This document shows, in pieces, positions 48,428 through 59,832 of a stretch of 64,000 nt of DNA. The DNA comes from Paraphysomonas bandaiensis. Its lineage: Eukaryota; Protista; Chrysophyceae. Location of the stretch: the NCBI GenBank assembly GCA_965644295.1, contig CBFFRP010000352.1, positions 186,001 to 250,000 of the forward strand. The letters are read 5' to 3'. Numbering within the stretch: position 1 is the first letter of the stretch; each line of letters begins with the position of its first letter. The notes under the pieces were generated by a model, which ran no database searches, was not told where the DNA came from, and saw only the letters and a list, made by a program, of their open reading frames with translations. The translations under genes were made by a program, and so were the position numbers.

Positions 48428-50431
48428 AAGATATTGTATTTTCAAAGTTAGTTGTTAACGTAGTGGACAAGATGAATTTGTCATTCTTTAAAATCGTAAG
48501 AACAGTTACCAGGTATATAACTTACTGTTGTGACGTTATACCAAATTGATCAGCTGACATCAAAAATGTTGTAAAGGCAGCACACAAAACAACAGTCATC
48601 TTGTAAACACATTTTGTAGTGGTATAATTCTAAAGAATAATACTGGCTGTCATTATCTACTCCATTCTCACCTACTCTATCAACATATCGGAATAGCAAA
48701 ACCCAGGTCGAAGTCTCCTCGCGTACTATATGCTCATTATTACAATCGTAACCAAACCTGGAAACTCGTATTGCCATGTCCTGCATTTTTAACCAGCACT
48801 TGTTGTAGTTTACATAGCAATTACAAATGGCAAGTCGATCGCTCTGTCACGGTTTCATGTCAACCATCGCTTAGCAACAGCCATAAATTACAGACATCAA
48901 CTTAATGTCTTCAGTACTCCGTACGAGACCTTTATTAGATTGATTATCGACTGCTATAATACGTGTACTCCTCAACACACATTCTCAATCCTGTTACCGA
49001 TACATTTTCGTCGTTCATACGTCAAAGCGTCTTCTAAAACAGAACTAGCTGGGACACTTTTTTATATTAAAGAAAGCGTTTCCACCTCGTTCAATAAAGC
49101 AAAAAATTGTGTAGATTTGACATGTTGTCAAATAATTGTTCAAGACAACTCTATTTTTCGAGGTTGTTTTATCTCAAAAATGCAATGCACTTCAGGAAGT
49201 GCTTTATATTCCAAATACCAGACTCAGGCTCTTTCTTACTCACTTCCATCATGGCTCGTGTACTGTCTAGGAGGGAGAGGTAGAATATTGTATTGTACTA
49301 TTACGGTTTTATTGTGTCTATTTCAATAGATTTATTACAATATATATTGAGGGCTCTTAAATTGCAAAATATTTTAACCCTCCCCTGTAGTCTAGGCCTA
49401 CCCCTTCGTGGAGTGTATAATTGGAAATCGGTAAGTCTTTATTCTTATCAACTGGAGAGAAACACTGAAAGTCTAATTACTGACGCTCACAGATTGGGGT
49501 ATCTTAATTTAAAATTTTAGAACTTAAAACTTTCTGTCTAATACATAATTGTCGTAGTACAACTTTAAAGAGTACTACTGCTGGCAATACTAACTGGAAT
49601 TTTATAACTTAGTTCTACATTTATAACCCTAATCAAAACTGTAGGAAATGTATGCTGGTAACTAATGCGCAAGGGGGGATAAAAATATAAAAGTATATCA
49701 TATTGAATTATTATTGGATTATTGTATTGTTTTAAATTATTATCGCAATATTTACTGCCTGTTCATACATTGCGATACCCATATAATGAATAATCTCTAA
49801 ACAAATCCAGAAATTTTAACCTGCACAAAATCTAATTAGTTAGCTACTTTGCTAGCTACAATTACAGGACTGGCTACATTTAGATGGTTTGGAGTGAAGA
49901 CACATATAAACGTTGGCATGCTCTCTCACGCTTGCTTCAAAATTTGATTCGTAATACTACAACAACACCATACACCATACACCATACTGACAATACCGTA
50001 CACCATACAGGCATACAGGTGGTAGCCGAGCACCCGTGCCCCATATCAGACCTTTATACTCATTTTTTATCTTCCGCAATTTAGACTACTAGCCACAAAC
50101 TATCACGCATAATGGAAGTAATCCAAGTAATTTAATGACTCTATAAAAGAATTTGTTTTAGATTGACCTATTAATAGAAGTCACCTATATATATTATTGC
50201 AATATATCTTAACCTCACTCTGTTCCGTATAAAAAATCAGGTTAACACCCGGGGGCTGCTACTAAACTTTAACCAAGCGTTGTGTTGTCATTCAAAACCG
50301 ATTATAATTACAATCGATTACTAGGCAAATACATCACGATTCACCAACTAAACACGCAGCTGCTGTCGGATCAGTTGTTCTGTGAGCTAAATTCATACAA
50401 CTACATGCAAGTACACAATGTACAGTTAACT

Positions 50432-51370
50432 TCAATTAATACTCTCTTCAGTGGAAATATCAGTACGTGCCTTTCTCGCACGAAATTCTTCAATCAAGGG
50501 CCGAAGTTTGCTCTCAATCGCAGCTACATTACCAGTGTGTTGTCTCAACATTGGCTCCTCTCCATCTGTTCCACCTACACATTGCCTCAGGCTCTCCTCG
50601 TACTCTTGGGCGTAAACTGCACGAGATATCACTCGTTGTAAGGGAGAGAATCTGAAGAAAGCCTCTGCATCATCAAAACTTCTAAATTGTAGCTTATCTC
50701 TAGTGAGAAGTGTATCTTCCTTAGAATTAACGGCTGTACCATCGCACCACACTGTAAAACAAAAACGCTCCTTAGTTGACGGAAGCACACGGTGTAATAC
50801 CAAATCACTGCGGAATATTACCGCACGGTCCATTACTGGTGCAATTTTTACACGGCGAGATAAAAAAGGCCATAATACTAGCTCGCCGCCATCCCCTTCA
50901 CGCCAGGTGGAATTTAAATACACTATACATGTCAGCTGTCGCGTACTTGGTGGTCCAGGGTTATCGTAGTGATACGGAAAACATCCTGATTTTCCATTGT
51001 TGTACTGCATTTTTATCGCAGATTCTGAGGTGCTAAGCTTCAAACTGGGAAACGCGTCAATGAATGCAGACACCAGAGCAGGACCAGCATGTTCATAAAT
51101 ATACGTGAACTCTTCTGACTTGGCCCGACTCTCAACATCATGGAGATCAGCTTCAAATATACCGGGCTTCTTGTACCGTTTATCTCCAAATTGAAAGTAG
51201 TGTTGCGATATGTCGCCTTCATCTTTCATTCGTGTGCAGTCCTCATGAAGGCAGCTGGACCACTCACTGCCTAATATATTATCCACTATAACATAACCAG
51301 AGGACTCTAATTGTTCTGCAGCATTGGAGGGTAATGCGCTGCGTAGTTTTTCGATACTTCGATAAGACAT
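50432..51370 (-). CDS. 2OG-Fe(II) oxygenase, EGLN/PHD prolyl-hydroxylase-like
   Basis: FPYHYDNP (HxD), RQLTCIVYLN, GDGGEL, PVMDRAVIFRSD, LHRVLP and ERFCFTVW. The likely start is MSYRSIEK at 51370 rather than the upstream near-cognate codon. Confidence 0.93.
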   Translation of the reverse strand: MSYRSIEKLRSALPSNAAEQLESSGYVIVDNILGSEWSSCLHEDCTRMKDEGDISQHYFQFGDKRYKKPGIFEADLHDVESRAKSEEFTYIYEHAGPALVSAFIDAFPSLKLSTSESAIKMQYNNGKSGCFPYHYDNPGPPSTRQLTCIVYLNSTWREGDGGELVLWPFLSRRVKIAPVMDRAVIFRSDLVLHRVLPSTKERFCFTVWCDGTAVNSKEDTLLTRDKLQFRSFDDAEAFFRFSPLQRVISRAVYAQEYEESLRQCVGGTDGEEPMLRQHTGNVAAIESKLRPLIEEFRARKARTDISTEESIN

Positions 51371-51862
51371 ACTGCTGTATGTAGCTATCCCGCTATGAAG
51401 GAGGAGGACACACTGGGGTGAGTGTAAACATATGGTGCGGCAGTGCAGTGCATCACACTCATCGCATGGGGCACTGTGGTATACCATACTACTGCTGTAG
51501 ATGGTATACTGAAGTTGTATACCTCTCTCATTATTCTGCGGTCTTGCACACATAGCTGAATATGAAAAGGAATACGGTACTGTATTTGTGCAGTCCGTTG
51601 ATATTGTTCGTTTCTTTGGGTATCATACATATACAGAACTCGAACTGTTGTACACTGCTGTACATAGCATGCGTATATAGAAGTGCAGATATATTTCGTT
51701 TGAATTCATAGAATCAAATCCATCAGCACTCTCATCTCATCAGGTCATTCAGCACAGCGGATATATAGCCTGCGGACCATCCTTCTCAACTAACAGTTGA
51801 CCAATCATATATTTGTAAGAGTGTGTTGGAAATGCCATAGTATAACTCCGAACTTTAGTTCT

Positions 51863-53077
51863 ATGTTATCCTTTCTTTTACTTATAAACACTTGGATCTT
51901 TCTGGTGGTATCTCCACCGCCACCTCCATCTACATCTACTGCATGTGATGCATGTGGATCATCGGCGACTTACCAAGAGTCTACATCTATTGATGGGAGT
52001 TATGTGAAACGTACAATTACAAGTTCAGGATGTCCAAATCATTATTCATACTGCACAGGTTCAATAAAATTTGTTGATACTTTTTCTGACTTTGGAACAG
52101 GAAAGCAAGGGATAACTGGTTGCGGTGATATAGGAGAAGAGGGAAGTGGAAGTGAAGCTACTGCGCAGGATGTCGTGGTGGAGATACCTGCTTATCCAGT
52201 CATTGCCTCTTCTAAAACAAGGTGCGTAAGCTGTGCTATCTAAAACTATTTCCTCACCTCTTAATTCAGTATCGAATGCTCAGTTGGTAGCATTGCAATC
52301 GCATTGAATGGCGTGGCAATATACAGCGGTGCAGTGGATAATACCTGTGGCCTTTTAGATGTTGATGATAGCTCTGGTGAGTGGACAAGTTTTGACTTTT
52401 GCTCCGGACACTCGCAGCAACAGGGTGAGTATCACTATCACTTTCCCCCAACTTGTCTATTGGCCCAAGCCACTGCCAATAATTCTACAAGCGATGGACA
52501 CAGTCCTCAGATTGGGTGGTCGTTTGATGGGTTTCCCATTTACGGTCCGCTTGGGCCGGGGGGCGTGATGATGACTCATACCTCTGAGGGATGCACCGGT
52601 GACTACTGCCTGGATGAGTGTAGCGGGCAGATGAAGGAATTACCTGCCCTGGATGGGTTTATGTATCGATATTACCTTTCTGGAGAAACTTCAGACTTGT
52701 TTTCTCTCCCGGGTGATCCTAAACCTGCTTCGTCAGATTATCCGTTCACGATGAACTGTTATATAGGATGTCTTTGGGACGATCTGTCAATGGGATCTTG
52801 CAACGGGACGTCTGGAGTATCTGCTAATTATACGGCAACTCCCACCACTGGATATACTACAGCTTATACAGATTTTTCTAGTGATAGACAGTGTGGCACT
52901 AAAACTCCAGCAGGAGGCAGTGGCAATGGGTCAGCTGGTGGCGGTAGTCCTAGTCCGGCTGTTATTGGGATGATAGTTGCAGTATGCATTGGACTTTTTC
53001 TCATTATTCTTTCTCTGTCTTGGTTTCTCTGTCTAAAAAGTAAGGTCGTTGAGGTTATGGATAGTCGCACCGCTTGA
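51863..53077 (+). CDS. YHYH-domain type I membrane protein
   Basis: Signal peptide, GCPNH, IAIALNGVAIY, DFCSGH...EYHYH, HSPQIGWSFDGFPIYG, LDECSG and a C-terminal TM helix. Introns at 52059-52100 (probable) and near 52222-52269. Confidence 0.93.
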
Positions 53078-53739
53078 TTTTTACAATGGTATTGTGCGGT
53101 TATAGTTGATGTGACAAAGTTGAAGTAATTGTTGCTCTTGTGAAAGTACTGTGTGTATTTTTTTATATTCCCGTCAACCGTATAGTTGACGTCGACGCAT
53201 ATTGTATTGTGTCTTTTATTGAGATACGAATTGGGAAAATAATAGATTTCGATATAAAGTGTCTTTGCCTTAGTAACATATAAAATTCTTATAAATCTAA
53301 TGGGAAAACTTTGTTCTGGAGACATTTGGTTTAATAAGAATATATGTGTGTGTTCCTGTTAGAATGTGGTTTTCCATTTCATCAAAATGGTTGTAACAAC
53401 CACGTCGAGGAGATGAAAACCCTTTGTCGTATATTATGAACTTGAATTCTATAATGGTGAAGTTGACGAGGAGGTCATGGTATTTATCGTGTCAGACACA
53501 AAAGCTTCTTCAAAACTGCAATCAATTAAGTAATAGTGAATGCCTTATAATTAGCAAGAGGCGTTAAAAGTAAGGACTAATATAAAATATAAATATAAGG
53601 TACATGGTACATGTTGTCAGCACAACCAACTGCTCAAAAAATATTATTTTGATAGTGCGGTGTTGATGTGTGTTCTTGATATATATGTGCATTTCAAGAT
53701 ATATATACACAAACAGTAAAAATCAACTCCACCTCTCAT

Positions 53740-53890
53740 GCAAAGATGTAGATAGAATCTTCACATCACAAGTCGTAACTGACGCACACGCAACCACTAA
53801 AAATCAAATAGTAGTAAATGTCTTATTATTAGCAATAGGCAGTTATGAGTCAGAACTGAACTAGCATTGTAATATAGCTAACTAGATTGG
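53740..53890 (+). repeat. Fragment of the dispersed repeat family (left part of 28480-29020)
   Basis: ATAGTAGTAAATGTCTTATTATTAGCAATAGGC..TATGAGTCAGAACT...CATTG.AAT.TA.CTAACTAG aligns with about 28555-28633. Confidence 0.75.
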
Positions 53891-54790
53891 CCTGAAGGGA
53901 ATTGGCCGTGCTTTGATTAGATTCTTGCACTGCGTAGCTATACTTGACAAGGCGTTAACTAAAAGTTCATTAGCCTGAGCCATTTACTGATCTGTTCTTC
54001 ATGGGCTATATCAATAGTAGGATCATATCCTTTTAGCGAGATTATTTTAACTCTACCAATAGTATAGGTTCGAGATCTGTCATTTCATTCCTGCTTATGT
54101 TCCTTATCCATAATAACAATCAATGGAATATATACTAAATGTATTTACGCTTACTAGCTACAATCAACTTCCCAAGTCAAGAAATTGCATCATATTATCA
54201 ACAATTATTAATTCGCCACCTACGATTCCGTGGCCAACGGAATGTCCATCACTAACTTTCAATATCAATATACAATATACTCAAATAATAATCGAAAGTC
54301 CACCCAAATAATCGAAAGTATCATTTTAAACATGTTGCCAAGTTCTTGTCCCTACGATAGTAGCGGTTTATCACATAGAGTGAGCCGTGCTATTGGACTA
54401 CAACTAACTCCTCAACCCCTAAATACCTTCCGAATAAAGGCTATACTCTTACAGCACCATAGTATGAATACTTCACGAGCAATATATTAAAGCATTCAAG
54501 ATAGTATACTTGACTGTCCATATGAAGGAGTCGGATATCTAGATATCTGGATACGATAGATGAAGATACAGCCATACCATACATCTATCCTGATGGTCCG
54601 TTCCGTGAAGCCTAAAAAACCCATATGTGGGATTTTTTAGAGCCTCAGTCACTCCACAGTATTCTATTCGGATTGGGTATATCAGAATGCAATGGAATGC
54701 CCATATCGATATGACGTGATGCGGATAGCATGCAGTGATATGAGTGGCACAGCAGCATATATTATCTCGTGTAAATAGTTTATAGTTCCG

Positions 54791-55606
54791 ATGGGCTGTG
54801 TTTCTATCTTAAAGTTCTTCGCCCTCTCTATCTCTCTCTCACTCTCACGTAGCGATAACTCGCTGTTCCCTCAGGGCAAAGACATGATCATCGTCTTTTC
54901 AATGCCCAAATCAGGCACCACTTCACTGAATAATTTCTTCAACGGATCTGGATACAGAACTGTTCATTTTTTGTTTTCATGTGATGATCTCGTCTATCCC
55001 GTACCTAAAGTGACCTTGAAAAATACGACATGGAAGCAGTGGACTCTACATGATGTAGGCCCTGTGTTGACGAGACTGTATGATAAGGGGAGAGGGGTAT
55101 GTCCTGCTGGTTTGTATGTGCAGCAAGCACTCGTTGAAAAGAAAGATCCATTTCACTATTTTCTCAAGAAAGGACACCGTGTAATTATAGAGACCAATTT
55201 CAGAGGCTACGGCAAATCAGATCGCGCTATTTATCCTCAGATAGATGCGCTGGACAATATTCTTGATGCTTATCCTCAAGCTACCTATGTTGTGTATCAA
55301 CGGAATATTACAAACCATATTTCCTCGTTGATGGCATGGAGCCATTCAACATTTGTTACTAATTTACGGCTCTCTCATTATGTCCCACGTAGCGTGTCTA
55401 GTGAATCGAATGCTAATGTGATTAGATATTTTATCGAGTCGTATTACGAAAATACTTTGAATAAATTGCGAAGCAAAGGCATCCCTTTTATACACGCTGA
55501 TGTTGAGGATGAAGAAAGTCTGTACATGTTAAAATCTAAGTTAGGCATACATAATGATATGTTTGTTGGACACGATAAATCGAATACTCCCCATTGGCCG
55601 TCATAG
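54791..55606 (+). CDS. Sulfotransferase-like P-loop protein with signal peptide/anchor
   Basis: Hydrophobic N-terminus, 5'-PSB-like IVFSMPKSGTTSL and 3'-PB-like YPQATYVVYQRN...ISS. Intronless. Confidence 0.78.
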   Translation: MGCVSILKFFALSISLSLSRSDNSLFPQGKDMIIVFSMPKSGTTSLNNFFNGSGYRTVHFLFSCDDLVYPVPKVTLKNTTWKQWTLHDVGPVLTRLYDKGRGVCPAGLYVQQALVEKKDPFHYFLKKGHRVIIETNFRGYGKSDRAIYPQIDALDNILDAYPQATYVVYQRNITNHISSLMAWSHSTFVTNLRLSHYVPRSVSSESNANVIRYFIESYYENTLNKLRSKGIPFIHADVEDEESLYMLKSKLGIHNDMFVGHDKSNTPHWPS

Positions 55607-56402
55607 CTTATTATACAAACTTGGAGAAACTGCTTCCCTTTTTAGATATATTGAGTTTCTTTCATCCAGAATCATCATTTAGCGCTGCTTCATTGGAGAT
55701 TTTCGTTCATAACCTACTGCTTGCAGTCATTGGAATACCCAGTCATTTGTTTTTTTTGCTAAATTAAAATAATAGTTGTGTGGTTATTGTTATCGGCACC
55801 TATTTGGCAAGGTCACGAGGGCATATTTTACGTTGACCACCCTTGCACTTTCGAGGGGAAGGTATCTTGTGCTGCATTCAAAGTGACAATGCTATTCCTT
55901 GTATTATGCGAGGTCTGCAGTTTAAACTTCCACCTCAAAGTTTTATCACAACAGAGTTTCGTGCATAAAATTATCTTCTATATTTTTCGGATTAGGGTTA
56001 TGTACTATGTAACTTCTCAAGCGTATTGATATCATTTTGTATGCGGTTGCGTACGCTCGTACGCTCTAACATAGAATAGAAGGGTTTCTCTGAATAGAAT
56101 GATGTTTCTAGGTTTTAGTCAATTATAGAAATCTCATCATTCTATATTAGTAGATCTTGAAACAAACTAGTCTCACCGAACGAATGAAGTTGTGCTCAAA
56201 TTGAGGACAGTAAAGAAGAGAAGTAGGATACTAAGGCACGGACCAATTTGGTACCATCAACGAGAGGTAAGTGGAGAGTCGATCGCACGTAGCAACAGAG
56301 CTCATGAATAGATACACTAGCAGGTGGAAGAGGCATTGTTGAAGCAAGAGTAGAACGTAGAAGAATCCGCTACCACGTAGACAACTGATGTGTAAGCAAG
56401 AT

Positions 56403-56589
56403 GAAACAATCGAACTTAATTATATGTTACATAATTATGTGAGATACAGAAAGACTATTTACACTGAATATACGTACGATGATGCGTGCATACGTACGCT
56501 TAGGGTGCATATGCATACGATCACCGTACTTGTGTGCGTAGATAGTATCTCACGTAATCATTAAGCATATAATTAAGTTCGATTGTTTC
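56403..56589. mobile_element. MITE-like element with ~45-bp imperfect terminal inverted repeats
   Basis: GAAACAATCGAACTTAATTATATG at 56403 and its exact reverse complement ending at 56589. Imperfect pairing extends to GTGAGATAC/GTATCTCAC. No clear TSD. Confidence 0.8.
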
Positions 56590-56721
56590 TCAGTATTGGG
56601 GCTAGAATAATAAGACATACGCTGCTATTTATATACGTAGAAAGGTTAGAAGAATGGATCGGATAAGTAAAAAATGAATTATCAAGAAGCTTACAATAGC
56701 TCTCAGTTTGGCTTTTCAGTT

Positions 56722-57090
56722 ATCTAACTAGCACTTGACTCTGATATCCTAGTATTTAATGCTATAAAAGATGCTTGTGCGTCACCGCAACCACAATGGT
56801 GCAACCAGTTTTGCTCGATAACTCAAAGCAAACGCGGTGAGCAAGCAGATTGTTGATAACCTGACATCTGCTGACTTCAGAATTTTTGAGTAAGTGAACG
56901 CATCCCAGATTCTTAACTTTAGCAGGCAGCCCAATACCCCGGTTACCCGTCAGGTGGGTCAAGTCCCGCACGTCCTTGAGGTGGGCTCAGTCCCGGATGC
57001 ATGTTTATTGGTCAAGGCCCAAAGACGTCTATACAAGTGACAATATATTAGTGTCCCTTGTACAACGTGAGCATTTGGCATTTGGGCTAT
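56722..57090 (+). repeat. Fragment of the dispersed repeat family (central part of 28480-29020, with insertions)
   Basis: Shared blocks in order: CTAACTAG, CTCTGATATCCTA, TGCTTGTGCGTCACCGCAA, AGGCAGCCCAATACCCCGG, TCCCGGATGC, TATATTAGTGTCCCTTGTAC, AGCATTTGGC. Confidence 0.9.
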
Positions 57091-57473
57091 ATGTACAGAA
57101 GCTATGCTATATTTTGATGGGCTTCCCTCTAACAACCAAGTGATTCCATGTCTTTAGTTAAATATAGGAAGTACTCAGTAACTAATATACTACACTATTC
57201 GCAATTTGTTTCGGGCACTTGAAAAGTTTTGTCATACACAACTCTCACTAACAACACTATATTCATGCACTGTACCCTACCCTCCTGTTAAACAGTAGCG
57301 AACTTAATTATGATAAAAAGTTAGAGCTAAATATTCGTACAGAGATGTGATGAATACAGCCCTTTAATCACACCCTCTTATTGGTAGGACAACATAAACT
57401 GATTTTCCGAACTGTCTATTCGTGATGGATGAATATCAGATGTGCACACATGATTTCATGTAATTTATACATG

Positions 57474-59276
57474 CTAATACCTGGGCTCGACATTCATCAT
57501 CAAGCTTTTCGGCTTAAATGTAATAAACAAGTCAAACTGTGGGTCTTCTTTTAGTGAGAAATTGAAGTTCCGAATCAATGTAGCTGCCAAAACTCGAAGT
57601 TCTAACATAGCCAAATTCTGTCCTATGCATGAACGCTTTCCGATACTAAATGGCATCAGAAGATCTTTGAGACCATTTAGCTGAGGGTTTGACGGCGCCC
57701 ATCTTTCAGGTATAAATTCATCAGCACGATCAATCCAATCTTGACGTCCCATTGCATACAAGTGCACAGCCACTATACTCCCAGCCGGCAACATCATATC
57801 ATTGTACTCCAAGTCCTCGCCAATCTGGTACAAAACACGTTATCAAATATAGAAGTCATCCCTCTGTCCCCAATATCATACCTCTCGTCCTACAACAGGG
57901 GCCACAGGGTAAAGTCGTTGAGTCTCTTTGAGACACCATGAAAAGTACTCTAACGAGCTGATATCAGATGAATTTGCGCATTCTCCGGGCGATATCACTC
58001 TATCCAATTCATCTTGAAGTTTCTTGCATACCTTATAATAGAATTGTAAGCATATACTAATCAACCAATAACTTCACATAACTCAACCGCGTAAATTTTT
58101 CAGCAATACTTACCTCAGGATATCTGGCCATGTTCATAAGAAAAAATGAAAGTGAGTGGGCAGTTGTCTCATGCCCGGCGATAAGAAAAATTAGTAAGTC
58201 TGATATACGATGCTCTTCAGATGGGTAGTCATGGTTTAGCAAGTGTCCCATGATACCAGTCGTGTCATTAGATGCATTTCTTTCTTTCAATGACTCGCGG
58301 TATCGTTCGAGCATAGTAGCTCCCAGTTGACGCAATTCATCCCTACTTCGCAATGCCTCTTGTCTTTCCTTGGACCAAAACATAAGAAATCGAAACGGAT
58401 TGTTTGCCATTCGAACAGCTTCACGCAAAGAATTGTTTTGAGCTCTCTGGAAGTCAGCACAATCAAAGCCGTGCATGAATGAGTTGCCGTCATCCCCGCC
58501 TAAGCAATTGTCAAGAAGGCTCTTTGCTAATACATCAAATACAACTCTAACAGATTCCTCTTTAATATTGACTGTACTTTCTTTTGACTGTTTCAAGGAT
58601 CTCATAAACCGCTTCGTTTCATCAATCAGTACACCCATAGCATTGCGCTGCAAGTTGACAGTTGAAAAGGCAGGTGATAAGAATTTTCTTGCTCTTGCCC
58701 GATCGTCATTTTTTGTAGAATATCTTCACAAAATATCATATAAAACTACTTTATAAACAAAAACACTTTCATACTTAATATAAAATCATTTCTACCCTTG
58801 AAAGCATCAATTGTATACACGAATGGAATAGCTTGTACTTACGTTAAAATATTGTAAACCCCAGGAAAGAGATTCAAATTGCTAATACCATTTGATTTAT
58901 CGCACTCCTTCAGTTTACCGTCAGATGTTCCAGCCAACAGCATTCTCCCTAGCTTATAATCGCAGCATGTTATAAACGGAACCATGAGAGGCATGGAGAG
59001 TCGAAACACAGCACCACAACTGATGTCTTGATCAGTGTTGCTGGCCACCCATTTACTCATCTCAACTAAAATATATAAATATAATTTAGGCATACTATCT
59101 CATGCAATGAGAGTGAGACCTTTATGGATGAGGCTGATGTATCCGTGTCTCTTGAGGTTATCCAGTAGACTGGGCGGGGCCATAGGAGGCAACTTCCTAC
59201 GCTTCTTAAATGACAAGACATAAACAACATAGGCTGCTACTAGACACACGGCTATACTGAATAGTTGAATTATCAT
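57474..59276 (-). CDS. Cytochrome P450 (multi-exon)
   Basis: N-terminal TM anchor followed by KKRRKLPPMAPP, I-helix AGHETTA, K-helix ETQR, PERW, and heme motif PFSIGKRSCIG. Confidence 0.97.
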
Positions 59277-59832
59277 GATGTGTATGTTTATGTGAGCTCT
59301 TAGGATGATGAGGAGGCGGAAGATCTTAGAGGATGATATGCTGCTCTATACGTACACAGCAGTATGCTGAGCTGTAGGCTACAGAACACCTGCAGGAGAA
59401 GAGCGAGGAGACTACACTTGGCTGTATTTCCGTGTACAATCAAGATACAGTAACGTATATACAGGATTGCTATCTCCATTGAAGTGTGAAGTGTGAAGTG
59501 GTTTGTATTTACCAATAAAATGATAGTATATCTGATTGTAATAGTCTGATTGGATAATTTAATTACAAATCAAATTTTCAATGCAGGAGGCCGCATGGTC
59601 CCATATCTCCGTGTGCTGCTGTATGGTCAGCATACATATACAGCAGTACGTGTACGTGGATGTCCATGTATATACATAGAGTGTATGTAGAGTACAGTAC
59701 GTTAATCACCGCATAACATCGATTCCAGCATAGTTTCAAGTCAGGCTGTGTATCTAGGGCCTTAATAGAGAATAGACGGGAGCCCATACGACTCCCCTAT
59801 CTCCCTGTAGGCGGTGGACAGGGAGATCAAGC

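Noticed and set aside
48430-50430. Short ORFs and (ACACCAT)n run in the BUD31-EGLN convergent spacer
   Set aside because: No recognisable domain or splice-consistent gene. Probably decayed repeat DNA that I cannot classify.
51371-51553. N-terminal 61 aa of the 373-aa ORF called at 51553
   Set aside because: It starts at a near-cognate codon and runs through motif-rich promoter-like DNA. The ATG at 51370 fits better.
55780-55970. SDNAIPCIMRGLQF fragment resembling a Helitron/PIF1 helicase motif
   Set aside because: Too short and lacks the following TINKSQG motif.
31890-56000. Isolated AACCCTAA / TTAGGG telomere-like words (about 31894, 36441, 49626, 55992)
   Set aside because: Single scattered copies in AT-rich DNA with no tandem array or consistent position.
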